A stretch of 64,000 nt of DNA. Origin: an uncultured Prevotella sp. GTDB taxonomy: Bacteria > Bacteroidota > Bacteroidia > Bacteroidales > Bacteroidaceae. A program made the translations under genes and the position numbers. Shown in pieces: positions 52,921-61,269 of the stretch (its first letter is position 1; every line of letters begins with the position of its first letter). The DNA lies in NCBI GenBank assembly GCA_946548065.1, contig CAMNPM010000007.1:1012-65011 (forward strand), in the 5' to 3' direction. Under the pieces are notes generated by a model. That model was not told the DNA's origin. It searched no databases and worked only from the letters and a program-made list of their open reading frames with translations.

Positions 52921-54039
52921 TTATACGTTATTGTTCATGAAATGCTGGTAAGTATTCCCATACAGACCTGTTAGGCGGTAAGCATCTGTATAGCTCAACT
53001 GCCGATTATTGACCGCATTGCGGACATGGATAGCGAAGAGCCGCCCAACCCGTTTTACACTGGTCAGATAAAAGCTACCGCCACCACCGTCTTTCTTCTT
53101 GTTAATCGGCCTTTTACTGTATTCCAACCAAAACGCCCTATAATCAGTATCACTCATCATTCTCAAGTCATGGGCACGACGCGCAACTACTATTTCGCTT
53201 ACCTTGAATTTACGGGCTACCCTCTTGACATCTCCTGTCCACACATCTTGGAGCACATCTGCCGGAACCAAGAACTCTGCTGCAACCTTGTCACAATAGG
53301 ATTCTACCGTATCATGACTGAACAATTCCTCACCAGCATGTCCCGCACTAATGCCCAACATAATATGGGCTGTTTCATGTATAATGGTGAACATTTGGGC
53401 AGACTTGCTGTCTGCGCTGTTTACGAATATATAAGGCGCAGTTTGGTTTACAAGGGCAAACCCACGACATTCACTGACTTTCAAGGCTCGGTGCGTGTTA
53501 TTACCCACCACGCCGTTAAAGGCCAAAAAAACACCTGCATCCTCTAATTTCTGAATCAGAGTATTTAATGCTTCTTCGATTTTCTGATATCCAAAAGCCC
53601 AACAAGACTCCAGCTGTAGGGTTTCGCGCAACAAAGAAACAGCCTCGCTAATATGCGTGTTCAATTGGATGGAGCCAACTATCTCGCATACGCCTATTTC
53701 GTTTTCATTCAAGTAATCTTCAAGCCAATCCTGACGGCTTTGTACATTCATCACCGTATCATAGACATTCAAGTCAAAATGGCTGTTTTGCCTAGCTTCA
53801 CCCCTGAACATGGGAAAAGGAATAGTCTCCGTTGGGGGGTGTTGCAAGAACAAGTATCCAAAGGGTACGAAGAACTTGGAAGCGAATCTTTGTAATTGGC
53901 TAATCGTAGGCAGTTTTTCCTCATACAACCAATCACCCAACTTGGGGAAGGCCTCTACAGCTTTCTCCTCATTATATCCCGCCCGCAAGATTGCCCATCT
54001 CAGGATGGCAGGACTAACATTGTCGAGTGTTGCAGCCAT
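52921..54039 (-). CDS. HTH + ImmA/IrrE-family Zn metallopeptidase
   Basis: Start MAATLD at 54039; N-terminal HTH-like (PTISQL), FTIIHETAH HExxH, E..CD..AAEFLVP. Confidence 0.85.
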   Translation of the reverse strand: MAATLDNVSPAILRWAILRAGYNEEKAVEAFPKLGDWLYEEKLPTISQLQRFASKFFVPFGYLFLQHPPTETIPFPMFRGEARQNSHFDLNVYDTVMNVQSRQDWLEDYLNENEIGVCEIVGSIQLNTHISEAVSLLRETLQLESCWAFGYQKIEEALNTLIQKLEDAGVFLAFNGVVGNNTHRALKVSECRGFALVNQTAPYIFVNSADSKSAQMFTIIHETAHIMLGISAGHAGEELFSHDTVESYCDKVAAEFLVPADVLQDVWTGDVKRVARKFKVSEIVVARRAHDLRMMSDTDYRAFWLEYSKRPINKKKDGGGGSFYLTSVKRVGRLFAIHVRNAVNNRQLSYTDAYRLTGLYGNTYQHFMNNNV

Positions 54040-54217
54040 ATTTTCTTTCTTTGTTTGTGCAAAATTAAGAATTTTCTTCAAATTTACAAAGAAAATAGCA
54101 GGTTTTCAGCCAAAAAGAAAGATAAATGAGGGTGATTTTGAAGAAATTTAGCAAAATAGCACAAGGATTCGAAAAAAATCACTATCTTTGAATGATCACT
54201 AGAACCGACCCCATGAT

Positions 54218-54262
54218 CTACTGACGGTCGAATTCGGCAGAAGGTATAATTTTTACGTTCAT
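54218..54262 (-). pseudogene. N-terminal remnant of a RelE/ParE-type toxin
   Basis: ATGA overlap with the upstream gene stop; MNVKIIPSAEFDRQ then TAG. Confidence 0.55.
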
Positions 54263-54513
54263 ACGACGCCCTCAGATTTTAGCCCTTCCAAGAATTTTTC
54301 TTCTGTCATCATTTTCACTTCACCGCGCTTGGCGGCTTTTACCTCGTTGAGTGCGCGGGTCAAGGTTTCTTTCACGTATGCCTTCTGCTTGGCGGTCTTG
54401 GCATCGTCGGCCTTTGGTTCCAACAGTTTGCCGGCAAGCCACTCACGGTCTTTCTGCTTGAGTGAAAGACCTTCGATGTATGTCCACAAATTGTTCAGTG
54501 CTACTGCTGTCAT
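54259..54513 (-). CDS. Putative antitoxin (orphaned)
   Basis: 84 aa from ATG at 54513; C-terminal ALNEVKAAKRGEVKMMTEEKFLEGL is typical of addiction-module antidotes. Confidence 0.65.
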   Translation of the reverse strand: MTAVALNNLWTYIEGLSLKQKDREWLAGKLLEPKADDAKTAKQKAYVKETLTRALNEVKAAKRGEVKMMTEEKFLEGLKSEGVV

Positions 54514-54746
54514 AATCCTAACATATTTAAACGTCCGCTGCAAAATTAATAATAATTATTGAATCATCAAAATAAAACAACTATAAAAACAGCAAACTTA
54601 CTTCTCGGGCTTCTTGGGTGAGGATCACGGGGTCGTAAACATCGTTTTTTCCCAATTTTCCTCGAATTGCCTTTATTTATGGGGCGAGCTGCGTTAATCT
54701 TCCAAAATTGCTCCCGTGTGTCAGCTTTATTTGCTAACTTTGCACC

Positions 54747-55193
54747 ATGAAAAACTTCATAGCAATATTGTCGATGGCCGTCTTGGCCAGTTGTAACATG
54801 ATTGGCAGCAACGATGACGCTGCCATGGAGGTGGCTGTCTGTTGGGCCGACGCTTATTTTAACTGCGACTATGCCGAAGCGCAGAAGCTGTCGACCGCAG
54901 AGAGTGAACAATGGCTGCGTTTTGCTGCATCGAACACGAGCGATCACGACCTGCAACTGCTGCATGAGCGTCCGGCTATTGTTGAGTCACATCAATATTA
55001 TACGGTGGCCAACGACACGATGTGCGTGGTAGAGCTGCAGGTAAGCAACTATCTGGCTCCAACGGCTCCCGGCGAGGATGCCCGCCAGGAGGAGGCTTCC
55101 GGCACGTACCTGCTGACGGTGGTGAAGCGCAACGGCAACTGGAAGGTCAGAATGGAAGGCCTACCGCAAAGTGAAAGGCAAAGTCGCGACTGA
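54747..55193 (+). CDS. Hypothetical lipoprotein
   Basis: Lipobox LASC; NTF2-like ending VKRNGNWKV; TAACTTTG promoter immediately upstream. Confidence 0.7.
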   Translation: MKNFIAILSMAVLASCNMIGSNDDAAMEVAVCWADAYFNCDYAEAQKLSTAESEQWLRFAASNTSDHDLQLLHERPAIVESHQYYTVANDTMCVVELQVSNYLAPTAPGEDARQEEASGTYLLTVVKRNGNWKVRMEGLPQSERQSRD

Positions 55194-57357
55194 ACTTAGG
55201 ATGGAGAATGGGATAGTGCTCCTTCGAGGAAGTATAAGCGGGATTGACAGCCTTCATACCCATATCGAAACGTAGGATGAAGTAGTCGAAGTTGAAACGG
55301 AATCCCAGCCCGTAGCTGACGGCAATCTGTTTCCAGAAGGATGAGAGCCGGAACGTTCCTTCCTCCTGAAGTTCATCAGTGCGTATTTTCCACACATTAC
55401 CCGCATCGATGAAGAGCGCTCCACCCAGCTTCCAGAACAGATGAGTGCGATACTCCAGGTTCAGGTCGAGCTTCATGTCGCCAACGTGCATCAGATATTT
55501 GTAAGAGTCGTCGTCGTCTTTGTAGCCTCCAGGTCCGAGGCTGCGCACACTCCATCCGCGAACACTATTGGCTCCGCCGGAGAAGTAAGTCTTCTCGAAA
55601 GGCAGCTCCCTGCTGTTGCCATAGGGATAGGCAATGCCCAGACCGAAATGGAACACCAGCTGGTTGCGATAGTCCAGCTGGAAGTTGCGGGTGTATTCAA
55701 AATCGCCCTTCACATACTGCGCAAAAGCCACGTCAAGGAAAGTATAGTCGCCTTCCTGGTTGCGATGGAATCCAAACGTATGAGCCATCAGGTTCAGCAG
55801 GTTGCCGCCCGACTCGATATTAGTCTTGAAAGCATACCTTCCGTTATTATAGGCATAGCGGAATCCCGCCCGCAGTATAAAGAGATCCTGATAGTTGTAA
55901 AACAGCAACGCATTGCGCTTGGCAGCATTCATCAGATATTCAGAATAGAACTTTTCACTGATCCAGGGCATCGAGATAAAGTTGAGGTCGAGCAAGTCGA
56001 GCTGATAGCGGTCATGCCGGCTCGGGTCGTTCCAATTATATCGCCATCCTACGGAGAATACACGCCGCAGGAATTCCGGCCGGTTCTGGAGGTCGTAGAG
56101 CAGCGACACCTGGGAGGTGGCATTGACCCGTCTGCGGAAGGCTGACGAGAGGAAGGGGGCTATGAAGCGGGGGAATGTGAGCTTGGTCTGCACACTGTAT
56201 TCCAGGAAGTTTGAATTGGAATATCCCTCCAGTCCGGTGATGGCTTCATAGGCTCCTCGCAGCTCGATGCTCAGGGCCTCGGAGCCATGAAAGAGGTTTC
56301 GGTTCTGGTAGGTCAGCGATGCCGCTGCACCCAGGTCGCCCGCCGTGTTGGTGCCTTCGGGCTGGAACGAGATGGTGCTGGGCTTATTGGTGGTGATGCT
56401 GATGTCGCAGTCGAGCAGTGCTGAGTCAGGGTGTTCGCGGAAGGCGATGTTGGTGTAGCGCACTGCTCCCAGACGGCCGAAGTGGTTGTAGGTGGTCTGC
56501 AGCCCGTTGGCGGCATATAGCTCGCCGGGGCGGATAAAAGTGTTAGCCTGCAGGATATTAGGGCGCAGATGAATCACCGAATCGTTGGGATTGCCACTGC
56601 GGAACGTTACCTGTCGGATAGTGTACTGCCGATGGTGCAGACCGGTCTGTTCACCACTGCGATAGCGATGCAGCACGAGGGTCAGGTCGACATCTGTTGT
56701 ACCGACAACAGAATCGGCCCGATAGGAAATGAAATCTTTATTGAAACGATAGTAGCCGCGATTGACAAGGATATCGGTTATGCGCTTGCGCTCTGCATCC
56801 AGATTGTCAATATTGAACACCATCCCCTTGCGCAGACCTCTGTTCTCGTGATTGTCCATCTGAAGGAGGGTGGCTATCAGCGAGTCTTGTATCTCGTAGT
56901 GCACATTCCGAATAAAAAATTCCTTTCCCGGACGCAGCAGATAGAGCAAGGAAATCTTCTTGCCCCGAATCTTGTTGTACACATCAACGTCAGCCCGCAG
57001 ATAGCCTTTGTTGTGCATCTGCTGGACGATATTCTGCATCGACTGGCGAGTCTTGGCAAAATCATAGATGACGGGAGGCTCGCCGATGGAACGCAGGGTC
57101 CGGTTGATCCACCGAGTGGTGTCGCGGCCCGAGAGTGAATAGGTACGCAAAGGAATCTTAAAGGCCGAGAACCACCGAACGTTGGAGCGCTGGCGTACAA
57201 ACTGCTTCATCGCGGCAGGGTTGATGTCAGCAGCCTTCGTATCGCTCTTCACCTGCACACGGTCCAGCAAATAGTCACCATCGGCGACGTATTTTGTCTC
57301 CGAACAGGATGCCAACAGCAATATCGACAGAGCTGATATGATGAACTTTTTGCACAT
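55147..57357 (-). CDS. Omp85 (TamA/BamA-like) outer-membrane lipoprotein
   Basis: Start MCKKFII at 57357; lipobox LASC, POTRA-like domains (NKGYLRA, NRGYYRF), GGANSVRGW, C-terminal FAVGLPF. Confidence 0.9.
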   Translation of the reverse strand: MCKKFIISALSILLLASCSETKYVADGDYLLDRVQVKSDTKAADINPAAMKQFVRQRSNVRWFSAFKIPLRTYSLSGRDTTRWINRTLRSIGEPPVIYDFAKTRQSMQNIVQQMHNKGYLRADVDVYNKIRGKKISLLYLLRPGKEFFIRNVHYEIQDSLIATLLQMDNHENRGLRKGMVFNIDNLDAERKRITDILVNRGYYRFNKDFISYRADSVVGTTDVDLTLVLHRYRSGEQTGLHHRQYTIRQVTFRSGNPNDSVIHLRPNILQANTFIRPGELYAANGLQTTYNHFGRLGAVRYTNIAFREHPDSALLDCDISITTNKPSTISFQPEGTNTAGDLGAAASLTYQNRNLFHGSEALSIELRGAYEAITGLEGYSNSNFLEYSVQTKLTFPRFIAPFLSSAFRRRVNATSQVSLLYDLQNRPEFLRRVFSVGWRYNWNDPSRHDRYQLDLLDLNFISMPWISEKFYSEYLMNAAKRNALLFYNYQDLFILRAGFRYAYNNGRYAFKTNIESGGNLLNLMAHTFGFHRNQEGDYTFLDVAFAQYVKGDFEYTRNFQLDYRNQLVFHFGLGIAYPYGNSRELPFEKTYFSGGANSVRGWSVRSLGPGGYKDDDDSYKYLMHVGDMKLDLNLEYRTHLFWKLGGALFIDAGNVWKIRTDELQEEGTFRLSSFWKQIAVSYGLGFRFNFDYFILRFDMGMKAVNPAYTSSKEHYPILHPKFSRDFAFHFAVGLPF

Positions 57358-57414
57358 TTTCGTGCAAAAGTACAAAAAAAAATTGTAACTTTGCCACCTG
57401 ACACTCAAAAAAAT

Positions 57415-58158
57415 ATGATTAGCAAGAACCAAATAAAACTGATTCGTTCGCTTGAACAGAAGAAGAACCGCCGCCGTGAGGGCCTGTTTGTTGCCGAGGG
57501 ACCCAAGGTAGTGGGCGACCTGTTACGAGCAGGCTATCAGCCCCACTCCATCTTTTCCACCACAGACTATCCTGAAGCTCAACTGGTTACGGACGAAGAG
57601 CTGCGCCGCGTCAGCTTCCTGCAGCATCCGCAAGAGGTGCTGGCCGTGATGCACCTGCCGACCCAGCAGTCCCCTACCCCTCCAGACGATATTGACCAGC
57701 TGTCGCTGGCCCTCGACGGTGTGCAAGACCCCGGCAACCTGGGTACCATCATCCGCATAGCCGACTGGTTTGGCATTGACACCATCTACTGCTCAGCGGA
57801 CACGGCAGATGCCTACAATCCCAAGGTCGTGCAGGCTACGATGGGCAGTATCGCCCACGTACATATCATATATTGCGACCTGGCCAAGCTCCTTCGGGAG
57901 GTTCAATGTCCTGTCTACGGCACCCTGCTGGACGGCAAGAATCTGTATCAGGAAGAACTGTCGGCAAACGGCATCATCGTAATGGGCAATGAAGGCAACG
58001 GCATCTCTGACGAGATACGCCAGCTCGTCAACCGCCGGTTGCTCATCCCCAACTACCACAAGACTGGTGAAGAGACAGCCGAGAGTCTGAATGTAGCCAT
58101 TGCCACAGCCGTGACCTGTGCTGAGTTCCGAAGACGCTATCCGGCCTTCGCTGAATAA
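57415..58158 (+). CDS. TrmH/SpoU family RNA methyltransferase
   Basis: Start MISKNQ at 57415; VQDPGNLGTIIR, GNEGNG, ESLNVAIA. Confidence 0.93.
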   Translation: MISKNQIKLIRSLEQKKNRRREGLFVAEGPKVVGDLLRAGYQPHSIFSTTDYPEAQLVTDEELRRVSFLQHPQEVLAVMHLPTQQSPTPPDDIDQLSLALDGVQDPGNLGTIIRIADWFGIDTIYCSADTADAYNPKVVQATMGSIAHVHIIYCDLAKLLREVQCPVYGTLLDGKNLYQEELSANGIIVMGNEGNGISDEIRQLVNRRLLIPNYHKTGEETAESLNVAIATAVTCAEFRRRYPAFAE

Positions 58159-58449
58159 AACGGGGTGTTCGCTGAATAGTTTTGGGCATAGCCCTCCCTT
58201 TCCGTATCTTTGCATTCACTAACAAATATGTAAAGACTGCTGAATATGATGTGAGAACTTCTCTACCTTTCTTTCGAGCTTGCTCGTTAACGGCGCACCC
58301 GGATTTTTCCGTGGCAGGTCCACACAGACCCGCATGACAGCATAAACAAAGAATTTATTTGTATGTCCGGCAGAATTGTTGTACCTTTGCGCCATCTTAT
58401 TATAGAGGTATGACAGAGACATTGACTTGTTATTAACTTGTTTACGATT

Positions 58450-58567
58450 GCAAAGATACGACAACATTCCGAACAAAACAAACTTTTTGCTGATTTTCGT
58501 CAGGACTACATGCGACAGAGAGGCGCATTTGCGACAAGCAGCCGAAATCACTCCCATGACTGTCGCA
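58450..58567 (-). promoter_or_regulatory. Duplicated promoter/operator, copy 1
   Basis: Aligns with 58825-58942 at constant offset 375; minus-strand TATCTTTG box; TGCGACA at 58511 and 58530, TGTCGCA at 58561. Confidence 0.75.
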
Positions 58568-58648
58568 GACAGACAAGAAGGTCCTTTCTGTGTTGCTAGG
58601 CTCCGCAGCCGCCACTAACAACGCACAAAAAGAACCGTCCCTCATGTG

Positions 58649-58765
58649 TCATGGCTCAAACTTCCTTTTGCCACGACCACCACCGTCACCGCCACCGTTC
58701 ACATTCTCCAACTCTTCCAGTGTGAGCTCCTGAGCCTTCTGGCTGTTCTCTTCATTCTGCTTCAT
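58649..58765 (-). CDS. Double-glycine leader peptide precursor (bacteriocin/pheromone-like), 38 aa
   Basis: Manual translation: MKQNEENSQKAQELTLEELENVNGG-GDGGGRGKRKFEP; below the ORF-track cutoff; directly downstream of a peptide-export operon. Confidence 0.8.
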   Translation of the reverse strand: MKQNEENSQKAQELTLEELENVNGGGDGGGRGKRKFEP

Positions 58766-58824
58766 AATCTTACAAATTTTTTAATTGTTTGACTTATTGT
58801 TAATTACTCTATGGTTTTGTGAGG

Positions 58825-58942
58825 GCAAAGATACGAAAATATTCCGAATAAACAAACTTTTTTGCTGTTTTTTTTCGGGACTATATGCGACAATGAAATG
58901 CATTTGCGACAAGCAGCCGAAATCGCCCCCAAAGCTGTCGCG
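58825..58942 (-). promoter_or_regulatory. Duplicated promoter/operator, copy 2, upstream of the peptide gene
   Basis: TATCTTTG (minus strand); TGCGACA at 58886 and 58905, TGTCGCG at 58936. Confidence 0.75.
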
Positions 58943-60394
58943 TCAGTGGCGTATAGGCTCCCGCTTGAGATAGTCGTAGAGCGTGAGCAGGCGCAGATGG
59001 AAATAGCTGTTCCAGAAATCCTGCAATGCCTTGACCTGATCGACTCGCGCCGTCTGCCAGTACTGCTGTGCCAGCGACAGGTCGTTGACGTTGGCCTGAC
59101 CTCTGATGAAACGTTGCAGCATGGCGGTATAGGCATCCTCGGCAATCTGCAGCGAGCGTTGGGCATCGCCGACCATCGACTGCCGCTGGTCAACCTCTGC
59201 CACGGTCTGCATGACATCCAGTTCGGTGTCGCGTCGCTGCTCCTCACGCTGGTGCGCAGCTGTCTCAGCCTTACTCTGTGCCGCGAGCCAGGCATTGCGC
59301 TTCTTGCCGTGATCGACGATAGGCACGGTGAGGCTTACCATCACCTGATTCTGCACCAGTGGACTTCGAAAAGCATGACCGAAGTTTTCTGCCACCTGGT
59401 TGAGACCTATCGAGGCATCGATGCTGGCGTTGAGTCCCTTCTTGCGCTTCAGCTGTTCAGCGTCGCGTCGGGCTTCCAGCTCCTTGAGTTGCATGGACAG
59501 ATAGTTGGGATTGTTGCGTGAGGCATGGGCAATGGCATCGCTGGCAGCCACATTCAGGTGGGGCAATACGGTGGGTATGACCAGCTGTATATGGGTGTGC
59601 TCGTCCATTCCCAGCCAGACGGCAAGACTCCTGACTGCCTGTTGATGGCTCAGCTGGGCGCTCTTCAGAGCGGTGGCGGCAAGCGAGCGTTGCAGTGTCA
59701 GGATGTCGAGTTCAGCCTTTGAGATAGACGCAATGCGGAAACGGCGGTTGCCGATGGCGAGGATGGTGTCGCACGACTGTATCTGCTCCTGCGCCATCTT
59801 CAGCTGCTCTTGCGTCACAGCCAGTAGAAAGAATCGCTTGACAGCCTCAGCAGCCGTCTGCTCCACCGAGTAGTTCATCTGCTGCTGTGCCACCGTGAGT
59901 CGCATGGGTTCGGTCTGGCGGTTCCAGCGGTAGGGATTGTATCCCAGCAGTTCCTGTCGATAGCCCACACGGACGGGCGTAAGGGCAAACTGATGCTGGG
60001 TAAAGTCGCCGTAGTTGCCGAGGTAGGCCAGTCCCGTCGAGGCATAGAAGGAGCCGCCCCACGGCTCCATCACCTGCTGGGCCTGCAGACTGGCGCTTGA
60101 CAGCAGTCGTTTCTGCTGGCGATACTCGTCGTTGTCGGTGTCGCTGATGTAGCGCTGGGTCATGAGTTGCTCGAAGTTGAGCGGGGTGGCGTTCAGCTCC
60201 AGTTGCAGCTTGCGGCCAGCCATCCATGAGAGCCAGGTGTAGCGTGCCTCGTGGAACACGCTGCGATAGCGGTCGGCAGTGAGGCTGCTGTCGGTAGCCA
60301 GCTCGACGGTGCGCTCCAGGTCGAGGCGAACCGTAGTCTGGGCCATACCTGTGAGGATGCCGCAGAGCATCAGAGCGATGGCGAAATGTCTCAT
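58943..60394 (-). CDS. TolC-family outer-membrane efflux protein
   Basis: Signal peptide, two helical OEP repeats, LTVPIVDHG, C-terminal LRLLTLYDY. Confidence 0.88.
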   Translation of the reverse strand: MRHFAIALMLCGILTGMAQTTVRLDLERTVELATDSSLTADRYRSVFHEARYTWLSWMAGRKLQLELNATPLNFEQLMTQRYISDTDNDEYRQQKRLLSSASLQAQQVMEPWGGSFYASTGLAYLGNYGDFTQHQFALTPVRVGYRQELLGYNPYRWNRQTEPMRLTVAQQQMNYSVEQTAAEAVKRFFLLAVTQEQLKMAQEQIQSCDTILAIGNRRFRIASISKAELDILTLQRSLAATALKSAQLSHQQAVRSLAVWLGMDEHTHIQLVIPTVLPHLNVAASDAIAHASRNNPNYLSMQLKELEARRDAEQLKRKKGLNASIDASIGLNQVAENFGHAFRSPLVQNQVMVSLTVPIVDHGKKRNAWLAAQSKAETAAHQREEQRRDTELDVMQTVAEVDQRQSMVGDAQRSLQIAEDAYTAMLQRFIRGQANVNDLSLAQQYWQTARVDQVKALQDFWNSYFHLRLLTLYDYLKREPIRH

Positions 60395-61242
60395 GGCTGG
60401 GGTGATTTTAGGTTTACAGACACGTGCATGCCGTCGAAAAGGCTGTTGGGCGCAGCCACACGGGCTCTGATCATGACGGTGCCTTGCTCATCGACCACGG
60501 GATTGATCTCCGTCACCTTGGCGTCATAGAGGGCATGCTCGTCGGCTACGGGCACCACGCTGATGGCTGTGCCTATGGGGAAGCGGCCAAGGTCGCTCTC
60601 CATCACCCGAAACTCCACCTCCATCTGCTGCGGCGAGATGACGCGACACACCACATCCCCTGTCTGTGCCAGCTGGCCGGCATGTGCCGTGACATTCGCC
60701 ACGATGCCGTCGAAGGGAGCCGTCACGCGGGTGGTCTTCAACTCGTTGCGCGCTGCCGCCAGCTTGTTCTGAGCAATCAGCAGACCACTCTTGACCTCGG
60801 CAATATGTCGCACACGCTGGGGCACGCGGTCCATCTGCTCGGGGTCGTATCCCTGTGAGATGATCACTTCCTGCATCTGGAGGCGGGCCTGCTCTATCTC
60901 GCGCTGATGCTGCTCTATGGCATTCGCCTGCTTCCGCGCATCCTGCTCGGCCAGCAGCTGCCCCCGGCGCACTCGGTCACCGTTGCGTACCATGACGCGC
61001 ACCACTGGCAGGACGGCCTCAAACTTCACGTCGGCATAGCGTGCAGCCACCACCTTGCCCATAGTCTGGAAGACGGATGGCAGGGCCGTGCTGTCGGCCG
61101 GTCTGCCGATAGCCGTCGTGTCCGAATCCTGGCTTGCGGCGGTGACGGTAGTATCCTTGATTTCGGAAGTATCACCAGACTTGCCCTGTTGCTGGCAGGC
61201 TGTCAGCAGTAGTACGCTTGATAATATCCATATCTTGTTCAT
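60391..61242 (-). CDS. Membrane fusion (HlyD/RND periplasmic adaptor) lipoprotein
   Basis: Lipobox LTAC; VRNGDRVRRGQLL and APFDGIV lipoyl half-motifs. Confidence 0.88.
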   Translation of the reverse strand: MNKIWILSSVLLLTACQQQGKSGDTSEIKDTTVTAASQDSDTTAIGRPADSTALPSVFQTMGKVVAARYADVKFEAVLPVVRVMVRNGDRVRRGQLLAEQDARKQANAIEQHQREIEQARLQMQEVIISQGYDPEQMDRVPQRVRHIAEVKSGLLIAQNKLAAARNELKTTRVTAPFDGIVANVTAHAGQLAQTGDVVCRVISPQQMEVEFRVMESDLGRFPIGTAISVVPVADEHALYDAKVTEINPVVDEQGTVMIRARVAAPNSLFDGMHVSVNLKSPQP

Positions 61243-61269
61243 AGTTTTGTACTATTACGCTTATACATT

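Noticed and set aside
54567-54745. Possible gene remnant upstream of the orphan antitoxin
   Set aside because: No start, no recognisable motif; too short to support
58219-58422. 67-aa minus-strand ORF (MSLSYLYNK...) behind promoter copy 1 as a second precursor or immunity protein
   Set aside because: No GG leader or TM segment, and it reads through opposite-strand promoter boxes; likely spurious
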